A DNA stretch of 63,937 nucleotides, counting the filler, from Candidatus Woesearchaeota archaeon (lineage in GTDB: Archaea; Nanobdellota; Nanobdellia; Woesearchaeales; J072), in assembly GCA_003695265.1 (NCBI GenBank). It is 4 parts of 4 records of this genome, joined end to end, with 100 filler letters (N's around TTAATTAATTAA, not from the genome) between each part and the next. Parts side by side here need not be neighbours in the genome. Positions count along the whole stretch, not along the records: positions 41,113 to 57,470 come from RFII01000010.1; 3 more parts are not named here. One strand, given 5' to 3'. The notes under the pieces were generated by a model, which searched no databases, had not been told where the DNA came from, and saw nothing but the letters and a program-made list of their open reading frames with translations. Positions 42,467-51,496 of the stretch are shown here, in pieces. Each line of letters opens with the position of its first letter. The stretch's first letter is position 1. The translations under genes and the position numbers were made by a program.

Positions 42467-43258
42467 ATGAAGAAAGCAGTTGTTCTGATTATTTCTCTCT
42501 TTGCAATAATCAGTGTTCATGCTGCTGAAACAGAGAACGCCAACAGCCTAATCGAGACGTGCGCCTCCACAGGAGGAATAACGAACGAAGAGAAGCTGAG
42601 CGAGGAAAACGGGATTGCCAGCATAAAGGTTGAGTGCAGGTGCCCTCCAGGCTATTGGTGGAGCTACACTCTTGGGTGTGTTAAAGGAGAAAGAATTCTT
42701 TTGTGCGAGAACCTGGAAGTTGGCAGCGGCTCATCACACAATTGCGCTAGTAACATAAAAGATGTTAAGAGGCTGCTGAGCAAGGAAGACTTTAACTCGG
42801 TCAGCGTTGAAGGAAGCTACGCGGACCCCGAGGACAAGCTCTGGGACGGGCTTTTCTTTTACGCAGGCAAACTCCCAGAGAACCCAACACTCGAAATATA
42901 TGTTAGCCCTTCGCCAAACGCAAAAATAAAGCCGTCAATGCTTTATGTTATAGGTGACTTAAACACAGGAGAATTCACTCACAAGATAAAAGATGTTGTC
43001 GTGGACAAGAGGGAGAAAGTCAGCATAAACGTTTCCGAATACCTGAATAGCGGCGGCAGGGCTTTTCTTATAATGCCGAACCCTGCAGGAAGCGCATTCA
43101 ACATTGACAAGATAAGTTTCAAAGGAGTCGAGATAAAAACAGAAGAAAAAAAGGAAACCAACAACTTAGACGTTCTAATACCAGCAACTTTATTCCTGCT
43201 CGCGTGCCTGGCAGTCATTTACGCTGCTTCGCACTTTCTCATGAGGAAAACTTCTTAA
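42467..43258 (+). CDS. Secreted, C-terminally anchored Cys-containing surface protein
   Basis: Signal peptide, CRCPPGYWW..C, C-terminal TM. Confidence 0.55.
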   Translation: MKKAVVLIISLFAIISVHAAETENANSLIETCASTGGITNEEKLSEENGIASIKVECRCPPGYWWSYTLGCVKGERILLCENLEVGSGSSHNCASNIKDVKRLLSKEDFNSVSVEGSYADPEDKLWDGLFFYAGKLPENPTLEIYVSPSPNAKIKPSMLYVIGDLNTGEFTHKIKDVVVDKREKVSINVSEYLNSGGRAFLIMPNPAGSAFNIDKISFKGVEIKTEEKKETNNLDVLIPATLFLLACLAVIYAASHFLMRKTS

Positions 43259-45761
43259 ACTCATTCAGTTCTCTCAAAAAACGAGAGGCTGTCTTCACGA
43301 CGTGCTCTGGCTGCGTGCTGAATATCTCAGCAACTCTTGCTAATACATCACCATCATACTTCTCAGATGAGGAAAGCTCATAATCTGCTTCCTCAAGCTT
43401 TTTTCCTTTCTTCCTCGCCTTTCTCGCTTTCTTCCACTTTGCGAAAAGCTCTTCTGCCCTTGCCGGCACAACCTCAGGAGGAACGCCGAAAAGTTTTGCC
43501 AGCTCCTCAACCATGACTTCCCCTTTTTGGTACGCTTTCCTTGCTGCCATTCCCGCAGCGAACTCTATTCTTACAATGCCGTCCTGAATCTTGCTAGTCT
43601 TTAAGATGGTGATGCGCTCAGCTTCTCCGGTTAATTTAAGATGGGTTCCGCCGCAAGCCTCAACATCCAACCCCTTTATTTCTATGACGCGCACGCTCTT
43701 TCCAGGAACAAAGCCGCCCTGGTAAAGAATAAAACCATACTTTTTCTCTGCAACATCTTTTGGAAGAACATAACTGTTCACAGGAAGGTTTAACTGTATC
43801 ACCTTGTTTGCTTCCTCCTCAATAAACCTGATTTCCTCAGGAGAAAGCTTTTCATAATGAGTTATGTCAAGCCTTGCCTTGCTAAGAGACTTTGAAGCTC
43901 CTGCCTGCCAGACGTGGTTTCCGAGCAACTTTCTCGCAACGCCGTTTATTATGTGGGTTGCGGTGTGGTGCTGCGCCAATTGCAGCCTTCTCTCAAAATC
44001 AATCTTTCCTTTTACGAGCATGCCTCTCCTCAAGCCTTCAACTGACTCAAGCCTGTGGACTATTAGGTTTCCATGCTTTAACACTTCCTCAACTCTAATC
44101 CCATTTAAGGTTCCTGTGTCGTGAAGCTGGCCTCCAGAAGTAGGGTAAAAAGCTGTTTTGTCAAGGACTACAAGATCCCTCTTAACTGCAAGCACAACCG
44201 CTTCGAACTCTGTGAGGTCATAGTGCTCGTAATAAAGTATTTTCGTGTCCGGCAAGTCACCAAAATCAACGTCTAATTCCTTTCTCGTCTGCGTAGCCTG
44301 CTGCTTGTTTTCATGGAGAGATGCGACTCTCGCATAGAAATTGTCAGGAACACTTAGTTTTTTGCCATTCTTCTCAAACTCTTCCTTGATGAAATCAGGG
44401 CTTATGCCATGACTGTCATACAACTCAACAAGCTTTTTCTCATCAATTCTTGAAAGCCTTGAAACAATATGCCTGCTTCTCTCTATTGTTTCCTTAAATT
44501 TTCTTCTCTCTACCTCAAGGATTTTTTCGACTTCATTCAGATTCTTTCTCAACTCAGGAAACAGGGGTTTTAGGTAAGAAGCATGCCACTCGCACACTTC
44601 CGGCAATGAAATCTGCCATTCATATTTATTTATGAAAGACAGCGCCCTGCGAAGAATCATTCTCAAATTGTAGCCTCCGCCTACATTGCTCGGCAGAACG
44701 CCGTCTGTAAGAGCAACCAAAAGCGCGCGGGAGTGCTCTGCAACTGAATAAAGAGCAGCCAAAGGAAGAATCTCTCTCTTCAGCTCAGATATTCCTAGAC
44801 CCACTTTTTTGCTTACAGCACCCCACGCCTTTTCTGCATCCTCAACCTCATCAACGTTCAAGTAAGAAGCATGGGGAAGGAAATCTCGCATTATCTCCAT
44901 GTCCGCTTTAACTCCTGTTTTAGCATGAAGCTTCTTCATAACTGTTGGGAAAGTTGTTTCATAACTTGTTGATGATGCTTTTGTGAACCACGCAAACCTT
45001 TCATGGCCAGCGCCCATGTCCAAAACCTTTATGTTCAGTTCTTTATATCCTTTTGGAGTCTGCGAATAAAACATGTACACCTGGTTGCCTAATTCTAACC
45101 CTCTTGAGAAGAATTCCATGCACGGCCCGAAGTTTCCGCCGCCGGCCCAAGCGTCCTCATGATAAATTATTTCATCTTTTGGTATTCCCATCCCTCTGAC
45201 GAGCCAGTCATGGATGTCCTCAAAATACTTTTTCTGATTGTACTCTTTCGGCGGCATGAAGGCGTGCTGGCCAATCATAACAAATCCTGTGTAGTGCGCT
45301 CCTGTAATCCCAACATTATCAATGTCATTGAACCTTAAGCAGAACTGCGGAACAACCAAAGGGTTTGCAGGCGGCTTCACCTCACCGGAAACAACGAAAG
45401 GCTGAAAGTCGTAAATGCTTGCTTGAACGAAATCAGTGTCGTCCCGCCAGCGGGCCGCAACAGGATACCTTGGGATTGGAGTGTAACCTTTTTTCCTGAA
45501 CATCGAGGCAAAAGCTTTCCAGGCTCCGATGTAATCAAAGCTTTTCTTCGCAGGACTGTTCCCAATAAATCGGTAGCCTCCCGAGCAAGCAGGGTCACCG
45601 CACACTTCTGATTTTTCTGTACTCCAAAAATAAGTGCCGCATTTAACGCATTTATGCCTGGAAAACCCATGCTCTTTCAGAACAGATGTTGCGTAATAAT
45701 CATCAGGATTCCTGCTTGCCTTAAGCTTAAACTCCCTCTTAATCTCCTTATCAGCCTTCAT
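43239..45761 (-). CDS. alaS: Alanyl-tRNA synthetase (archaeal type)
   Basis: RYPVAARWRDD, WAGGGNFGPC, editing HHTATH and ACGGTH. Confidence 0.95.
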   Translation of the reverse strand: MKADKEIKREFKLKASRNPDDYYATSVLKEHGFSRHKCVKCGTYFWSTEKSEVCGDPACSGGYRFIGNSPAKKSFDYIGAWKAFASMFRKKGYTPIPRYPVAARWRDDTDFVQASIYDFQPFVVSGEVKPPANPLVVPQFCLRFNDIDNVGITGAHYTGFVMIGQHAFMPPKEYNQKKYFEDIHDWLVRGMGIPKDEIIYHEDAWAGGGNFGPCMEFFSRGLELGNQVYMFYSQTPKGYKELNIKVLDMGAGHERFAWFTKASSTSYETTFPTVMKKLHAKTGVKADMEIMRDFLPHASYLNVDEVEDAEKAWGAVSKKVGLGISELKREILPLAALYSVAEHSRALLVALTDGVLPSNVGGGYNLRMILRRALSFINKYEWQISLPEVCEWHASYLKPLFPELRKNLNEVEKILEVERRKFKETIERSRHIVSRLSRIDEKKLVELYDSHGISPDFIKEEFEKNGKKLSVPDNFYARVASLHENKQQATQTRKELDVDFGDLPDTKILYYEHYDLTEFEAVVLAVKRDLVVLDKTAFYPTSGGQLHDTGTLNGIRVEEVLKHGNLIVHRLESVEGLRRGMLVKGKIDFERRLQLAQHHTATHIINGVARKLLGNHVWQAGASKSLSKARLDITHYEKLSPEEIRFIEEEANKVIQLNLPVNSYVLPKDVAEKKYGFILYQGGFVPGKSVRVIEIKGLDVEACGGTHLKLTGEAERITILKTSKIQDGIVRIEFAAGMAARKAYQKGEVMVEELAKLFGVPPEVVPARAEELFAKWKKARKARKKGKKLEEADYELSSSEKYDGDVLARVAEIFSTQPEHVVKTASRFLRELNEFKKFSS

Positions 45762-45817
45762 ACACTAATCTGAATAATATGAGATATAAAAAGGTTATGA
45801 AAAAAAGAAAGATTATC

Positions 45818-46315
45818 TTATGTTATGCAAAGGTATCCTATATTACTACCGTCGCCGTTCCAAAAATTATACAATTCTCTTCTTATGCCTTGGTCACATA
45901 TAAGGTTATCACCAGCATCGCAATGGGATTGGCCCCAAGAAGAGCATGATCCAGGGTAGCTTGTCTCTACAGTGCCACCTCCAAGGACAAGCCCGTTAGA
46001 AGAGCCTGTCTGGTCATCCCTGCATAGCAGAACTCCATCGTCTCGGACGCCGTAAACATACTGGTTTGCAGAACAATTACTTCCTATGTCCTTTTGAAAA
46101 TAGTTTGTGTCGTGCCCGTCAAGGAGGTCAGCGTCCAGCCCGGATCCAAAGCCGTCATTATTGCTATGCCAGATAGTTCCTGGAAAATCACCTATCTCAC
46201 TCCAGCTGTGCCCAGGGTTTGGCGCTGTTGCAATAACAATTCCAATGCCAACCAAAGCAATCATCAAAGCAAGCAAGTAAAGGTGCTTTTTCTCAATGTT
46301 TATCTCAATTTTCAT
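45818..46315 (-). CDS. Small surface protein with tail-fibre-like GSGLDADLLDG motif
   Basis: N-terminal TM, IWHSNNDGFGSGLDADLLDG, Cys-rich C-terminus. Confidence 0.55.
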   Translation of the reverse strand: MKIEINIEKKHLYLLALMIALVGIGIVIATAPNPGHSWSEIGDFPGTIWHSNNDGFGSGLDADLLDGHDTNYFQKDIGSNCSANQYVYGVRDDGVLLCRDDQTGSSNGLVLGGGTVETSYPGSCSSWGQSHCDAGDNLICDQGIRRELYNFWNGDGSNIGYLCIT

Positions 46316-46381
46316 AGGGAATCACCTTTTTTTGTCAATAAAATACTTTTATGAACATAGAAACATAAATAATTTTTGTTT

Positions 46382-47452
46382 TTACTTGTCTGCTTCGTAA
46401 TTCTCCAGGCTTGTGTTGAGCTGCCTGTGCACCATTATGAAGGTTGTCCTTCTTGAGAACTCCTTAAGCCTGCGCGCCCCAATGTAAGTTGCGGTGCTTC
46501 TCAGGCTGCCCAAAAGGTCAAGAACAAAATCATTAACATCACCTTTGTAAGGGATTAAAGTGTACCTTCCTTCCACTGCGCGGTATTTCTCAACTTTGCC
46601 GTAATGCCTTTTCATAGCAACGTCAGAAGAAGAGCCGTAGTATTCCTTGTATTTTTTCCCATTCTTCACTATTAACTTCCCTCCAGACTGCTTGAATCCA
46701 GAGAACAATGCGCCCGACATAATAAAATCAGCGCCAGCGCCGAACGCCTTTGCTAGGTCTGCGGGATACCTTAACCCGCCGTCAGTCATTATTAAGCCGA
46801 CGCCGACTGTGTTGCTTATTCCGTGAGCAGCGTCAGCGCATTCAATGGTTGCGCTTAATTGCGGATAGCCAACGCCTGTTTTTCTCCTTGTCAAGCACAT
46901 GCTTCCAGGGCCTATGCCTATCTTTACAATGTCTGCGCCGCTAAGCAGAAGCTCTTCAGTCATCTCATTAGTCACAACATTTCCCGCTATGATGGTATGC
47001 CTCGGCAGCAATTTCCTCAGCTCTTTAAGCTTTCCCACAACAACCTCCAAGTAAGCGTTCGGAACGTCTAAGCAAACAAAATTAAAGTATTTGTGCAAGC
47101 CTTTCTTCATAACTTCCCTGAGCTTCTTAAAATCATCATCCCTTATGCCCAGGCAATACGAGATGTAATCAGGATTGTTGAATTTCGGAAGAAATTTTTC
47201 CAACTCCTTCACTGAGTAAAACTTATGGAGAACCGTGAGCATCTTGTATTTTGAAAGCTCTTTGGCCATTTCAAACGTGCCGCAGGAATCCATGTTAGAA
47301 GTAGCTATAGGAATCCCCTTCCAGGTGCGGTGGCTGTGGATAAACTTAAACTCTCTTTCAAGAACAACGTCAGCCCTGCTCACCAATGTGCTTCTTTTCG
47401 GCCTTATAAGCACGTCATCAAAGTCAAGCTTAGGATCATTATCAATTCTCAT
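46382..47452 (-). CDS. guaC: GMP reductase (E. coli GuaC-type)
   Basis: KLDFDDVLIRPKRSTL, KIGIGPGSMCLTR, GVGYPQLSA, no CBS domain. Confidence 0.9.
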   Translation of the reverse strand: MRIDNDPKLDFDDVLIRPKRSTLVSRADVVLEREFKFIHSHRTWKGIPIATSNMDSCGTFEMAKELSKYKMLTVLHKFYSVKELEKFLPKFNNPDYISYCLGIRDDDFKKLREVMKKGLHKYFNFVCLDVPNAYLEVVVGKLKELRKLLPRHTIIAGNVVTNEMTEELLLSGADIVKIGIGPGSMCLTRRKTGVGYPQLSATIECADAAHGISNTVGVGLIMTDGGLRYPADLAKAFGAGADFIMSGALFSGFKQSGGKLIVKNGKKYKEYYGSSSDVAMKRHYGKVEKYRAVEGRYTLIPYKGDVNDFVLDLLGSLRSTATYIGARRLKEFSRRTTFIMVHRQLNTSLENYEADK

Positions 47453-47567
47453 AAAGCAACCCCCCCAAACTGCTCGCGTTTAAGTATTATTATACTTTTC
47501 GGTGTGAATGGTTAAAAGTCCGAATTTCTTATACTAAGCTTTTTTAATTATTCTTGAATAGGATTTT

Positions 47568-48032
47568 ATGATGTTTAACTTAAAAAAATACAAAGGAACA
47601 TTTAAAGGATTAATCGGAGAATACATGTTTAAGCTTACTGATGACAAATTAATAATAACAAAGTCTTATAACAGATCCAAATTTTTTAGAACTTTTTCTA
47701 GATTAAATTCAAAACAAAGAAATTTTTTGTATGAAAATTGGTTTTCTATTGATGGAATAAAATTTGAGAACGGGAAAATAGTCTTGTATGAGATAAAAAC
47801 CAGAAATAAATACAATAACAAACTTCATTTTAAGCCAAAAACAACAAGGAGAACTCATGAAATGTATCAAGAAGCAAAACAATTAGGGTTCGTGGTGAAG
47901 TTGGTTACTGTTTGGTTATGCAAAAATTGGGATTTTGAGGTTGAAATGCAGGATTTCAGCGAAAAATACTATTATGTTGACAAAGAGAAGAAGTATGACA
48001 TGGGTTATAAGAAACATTATGCGGGCTATTAA
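47568..48032 (+). CDS. Small PD-(D/E)XK nuclease-fold protein, AT-rich
   Basis: KGLIGE...SIDG...LYEIKTR motif pattern. Confidence 0.6.
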   Translation: MMFNLKKYKGTFKGLIGEYMFKLTDDKLIITKSYNRSKFFRTFSRLNSKQRNFLYENWFSIDGIKFENGKIVLYEIKTRNKYNNKLHFKPKTTRRTHEMYQEAKQLGFVVKLVTVWLCKNWDFEVEMQDFSEKYYYVDKEKKYDMGYKKHYAGY

Positions 48033-48043
48033 TTGAAAATTAA

Positions 48044-48184
48044 TAGCCCCGCCCGGATAAGCGTGCAGTGAAGGAACCTCCCGACTTAGGCTTCAAACCT
48101 GCATTTCGAACCGAGGTCCCAGGACCCAAAATCCTGGATGATTTGCCCAACCAAAAAGCTGATTGGCCACTACACCACGGGGCT
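48044..48184 (-). tRNA. tRNA-Gln(TTG) with two introns: 48142-48162 (D-loop/D-stem junction) and 48058-48104 (59/60)
   Basis: Minus strand AGCCCCG/CGGGGCT+A, CAGGA-TT-TTG-GG-TCCTG, CTCGG-TTCGAA|T-CCGGG. Confidence 0.88.
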
Positions 48185-48240
48185 ACTAATTCCATAAAAT
48201 AAAAAGGATTTCTTGATTTGTTTATATATATTTTTATTTT

Positions 48241-49026
48241 TTACAAATGGACTGCTCCCTTGAACCCCCAAACTCTTTTTAGTATCTCTTCTTCCATAAA
48301 ATGCAGCTTCCCTGGAACTATCAAGCAGTGCGGCGCTTTCCCAAAGTCTAGCTTCATTAATTCCTCTGCGGAACCGTAAATAATCTTTTGATTTTTGTTT
48401 CCCAACCTCGCGCATCCAACGCAGAGCGTTTTTTCTGTAAGGATTTTCTCTTTTCGTTTATCTTCTATATCAAGCAAGTTCTGAATTGCCTCCTTGATTG
48501 TCATGAATTTCTTCTCAGCAGGCCGCAAATCAAGAAGAAACAATGTGTGCAAACCAAGGTGTTGGTTCTCTAAGAGCACATCATAATAGGTTTCAGGCTC
48601 AAACCCCTTTTCTTTGAACGGAATCGAGGTTGTCTTGCCAAACTTGTAAAGCTCTAATCCTGTTTCGCCTACAGCTGTGAGCACAGAAGCATTGTGAATC
48701 ACATTAACAGGAATATCAAGCTTTTTTGCCCTCAAAAAGATGTCTGTGTGTGTTGTTGCTGAGAAAACATCGCCTATAATTAGCAGGGCAACATCCTTGT
48801 CTTTCGCGCCTTTTAATATTGTCTCTTCTGCTTTTTTCTCGACTAATTCGCGGTCAGCCAAGATTATTTTCTTGCCGTACAGCTTTTCCAATCTCTCAAC
48901 AGGACACTGCAGTAAAGAAGTGTAATTCTCTAAGTAAACAGAGTCGCATTTCCTCACTGCTTCTAATCCTTTCAGGCTTATATCCTGCTCGTCATTCAAT
49001 CCTATCCCAATAAGGTACAATGCCAT
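48241..49026 (-). CDS. dph5: Diphthine synthase
   Basis: LYLIGIGL, YLENYTS, GDVFSATTH, GLELYKFGKT, LHTLFLLD. Confidence 0.95.
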   Translation of the reverse strand: MALYLIGIGLNDEQDISLKGLEAVRKCDSVYLENYTSLLQCPVERLEKLYGKKIILADRELVEKKAEETILKGAKDKDVALLIIGDVFSATTHTDIFLRAKKLDIPVNVIHNASVLTAVGETGLELYKFGKTTSIPFKEKGFEPETYYDVLLENQHLGLHTLFLLDLRPAEKKFMTIKEAIQNLLDIEDKRKEKILTEKTLCVGCARLGNKNQKIIYGSAEELMKLDFGKAPHCLIVPGKLHFMEEEILKRVWGFKGAVHL

Positions 49027-49055
49027 ATTGAGGAGAAATTATTGATTGATTAAAA

Positions 49056-49258
49056 ATGTTTTGGAAAGATTTTTTTCTTTCCAAATCCCAGAAACCAAAA
49101 AATGGTTTTTTATGTTTTGGAAAGATGTTTTACGAAGGGGACACCCCTTCGAATTGTCGGAAATTGCTATGCAATTTCTGAGCATGCCAAAAATCTACGA
49201 TTTTTGAGCACCCCGATCAATGCTGGGGTTCAAGGGGATGCAATCCCCATTGTTAAAA
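49056..49258. repeat. Cluster of nested small repeats/hairpins (15-bp direct repeat pair, two GGGGT..AAGGGG..CCCC copies, double-hairpin insert)
   Basis: ATGTTTTGGAAAGAT at 49056 and 49112; GGAAATTGC-TAT-GCAATTTCT; CAAAAATC-TAC-GATTTTTG; GGGGTTCAAGGGGATGCAATCCCCATTG. Confidence 0.65.
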
Positions 49259-49274
49259 TTAGTTTCTTATTCAA

Positions 49275-49314
49275 AACAAAAAAAGAAAGAAAGCCTCCGC
49301 CCGAAGGCGAAAGC
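49275..49314 (-). terminator. Hairpin with cUUCGg loop followed by U-rich tract downstream of ftsZ
   Basis: Minus strand GCTTTCGCC-TTCG-GGCGGAGGC-TTTCTTTCTTTTTTT. Confidence 0.55.
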
Positions 49315-49410
49315 AAAAGGTTTTGCCTTCATTTTCATTTTGTCGGGGGTGATGTAAAATGAAGGCAAGAAGTTCTCACCACACAAAGACCAAAGGGGTG
49401 AACATGAACT

Positions 49411-50478
49411 TCAATGCACGATTTCAATCCCCAACTCATCATTTATCTCTTGCGCTTCCTCTTCGATTTCTCTTCTCTTGCCCAAGATCCAGGGGGACTT
49501 GACTCCTGTTATGATTGTCATAACAGTGAGCTTTCCTTTCATGTCTTCTGAGATGCGGGCTCCCCAGATGCAGTTCGCGTTATCGTCCATTGACTCTGTT
49601 ACGAGCTCGCCAACCCTGTTTATTTCCTCAAGGGTCATGTCAGGACCTCCCACTATATGCAGTAATGCGCCCTGCGCTCCCTCATAGTTAATATCAAGCA
49701 ATGGGTTTGAGAGGGCTCCTTTAACTGCTTCTTCCACTCTGTTGTTGGTATCTGATGCACCCACTCCAATTGCTGCTACTCCTCCATCTTTCATTATTGC
49801 ACGCACATCCGCGTAATCAAGGTTGACCAGCGAAGGAATAGCAATTGTCTCAACGATTCCCTTTATCATTGTCGCTATTAATTCATTTGCAACTGCAAAT
49901 GCTTGCGTTATAGGAAGATCACCTGCAATAGCAACCAACCTGTTATTATCTATAACGATGACTGTGTCAGAAACCTGCCTTAATTGCTGCAATCCGAACT
50001 CTGCCTTGTCAACTCTCGCCCTTTCTATCTTGAAGGGCATTGTTACAGTGCCGATGACTATCGCGCCTGTGTCTCTAGCTACTTCAGCAATAATTGGGGC
50101 TGCACCAGTACCAGTGCCTCCACCCATGCCTGCACAAACAAAAACCATGTCAGCACCTTTAAGCATTTCTTTTAATTCAGGAAGGTTCTCTTTAGCTGCC
50201 TCAGTTCCCTTTTCTGGAAATCCGCCGCAGCCAAGCCCTTTTGTGATTTCTTGGCCAATCAGTAATTTGCGATCAGCTTCGATCATGTCCAAGTGCTGCT
50301 GGTCAGTATTACAAGCGAAAATCTCAGCGCCTTTTATGCCTTTTCGGTAAAGCCAGTTTACCATATTGTTTCCAGCGCCGCCTGCGCCGATAACCTTTAT
50401 GTTTGCTTTACCCACTGCTGGGCTTTCTGTGTTGTTGGCTTCAGAACTTTTTATTGCCTTTTCAATGACCAAGTCCAT
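49411..50478 (-). CDS. ftsZ: Cell division protein FtsZ (FtsZ2-like)
   Basis: GAGGAGNN, GMGGGTGTG, IDNNRL, NLDYADV; PFKIERAR resembles archaeal FtsZ2. Confidence 0.95.
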   Translation of the reverse strand: MDLVIEKAIKSSEANNTESPAVGKANIKVIGAGGAGNNMVNWLYRKGIKGAEIFACNTDQQHLDMIEADRKLLIGQEITKGLGCGGFPEKGTEAAKENLPELKEMLKGADMVFVCAGMGGGTGTGAAPIIAEVARDTGAIVIGTVTMPFKIERARVDKAEFGLQQLRQVSDTVIVIDNNRLVAIAGDLPITQAFAVANELIATMIKGIVETIAIPSLVNLDYADVRAIMKDGGVAAIGVGASDTNNRVEEAVKGALSNPLLDINYEGAQGALLHIVGGPDMTLEEINRVGELVTESMDDNANCIWGARISEDMKGKLTVMTIITGVKSPWILGKRREIEEEAQEINDELGIEIVH

Positions 50479-50796
50479 CTTTTTCCCCTCCCCTTTTTGT
50501 GTGGTTTTATATTCTTGAATATATAGTATAAACTACCACAATCTTTATAAAGTGGAATAGCTTATACACTTCTTAGAACAAGTTGCTTTACTTGCCGCCA
50601 ACAAGTGAAACAACGCTTATTAAACGCTTTTAATGTGTGAAAACCCACAAAAGCCCTTTTTTCGCTGAAAAACAATTGTTTTGATGAGTTCCCGCCAAAA
50701 AACTCGTCAAAAACAAACTTTTAAATTAATATACATATTAGTATAACTCATATTTAAATATTTCTGTTGTCAAAAATATAAATATCAAGAAGATAA

Positions 50797-51450
50797 TTAC
50801 TGTTTCTTAGAAAAATTCTCCTTTATTTTATCTTTCAGTTTTTTTATCTCTTTTACTTTCTTTTTTGCTTCTCTCTGCCATACCACGCTATAATCATTTA
50901 TGAAAGCTGACAGGTCCTTAATCTTGTTGCCATATTCCTCAATAAAAACCTTGTCCGCAAGCTGATACCTGTTTGGCGTTGGGACACGCTCGTCAGGATA
51001 CCCTAAGGGAAGTATTGCCTGCGGCCTCACACTGTCAGGAATTTTGAGGACTCTCGCAACTTTTATCTCGTCAAAGGCGCCGACCCAACAGCTTCCCAAG
51101 CCCAGCGCATTGGCTGCTAGCAACATATTTTGGATTGCGGCAGCGCAGTTCTGCACAGCATAGAGTCTTTCGCCTCTTATGCCATAAAACCTTTCCACTT
51201 TTTCGCTCTCTGAAACCACTGTTATCAAGACCGGAGCGCTTGCTATCCAGTACTGGTCGAAGCACGCCTCTGAGAGCTCTTTTTTTTGGTCCTCATCAGT
51301 TGTGATAATAAAGCGCCAGTTCTGAAGGTTGCCTGAGCTCGGCGCAAATGTTCCTGCTTCTAGAACATGGTTTATCTTCTCCCATTCAACAGGCGTGTCA
51401 AGAAATTTTCTTATGCTGCGCCTTGATTTGATGCATTCAAAAACATCCAT
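50797..51450 (-). CDS. Nitroreductase-family protein
   Basis: IKSRRSIRKF, APSSGNLQNW, LGLGSCW. Confidence 0.9.
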   Translation of the reverse strand: MDVFECIKSRRSIRKFLDTPVEWEKINHVLEAGTFAPSSGNLQNWRFIITTDEDQKKELSEACFDQYWIASAPVLITVVSESEKVERFYGIRGERLYAVQNCAAAIQNMLLAANALGLGSCWVGAFDEIKVARVLKIPDSVRPQAILPLGYPDERVPTPNRYQLADKVFIEEYGNKIKDLSAFINDYSVVWQREAKKKVKEIKKLKDKIKENFSKKQ

Positions 51451-51496
51451 TTCAAAATCTTTATATAGACACTTCTATTTATAATTACCGATACCA

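Noticed and set aside
49102..49362. 86-aa ORF between dph5 and ftsZ
   Set aside because: Consists of nested repeats and hairpins; likely a chance open frame
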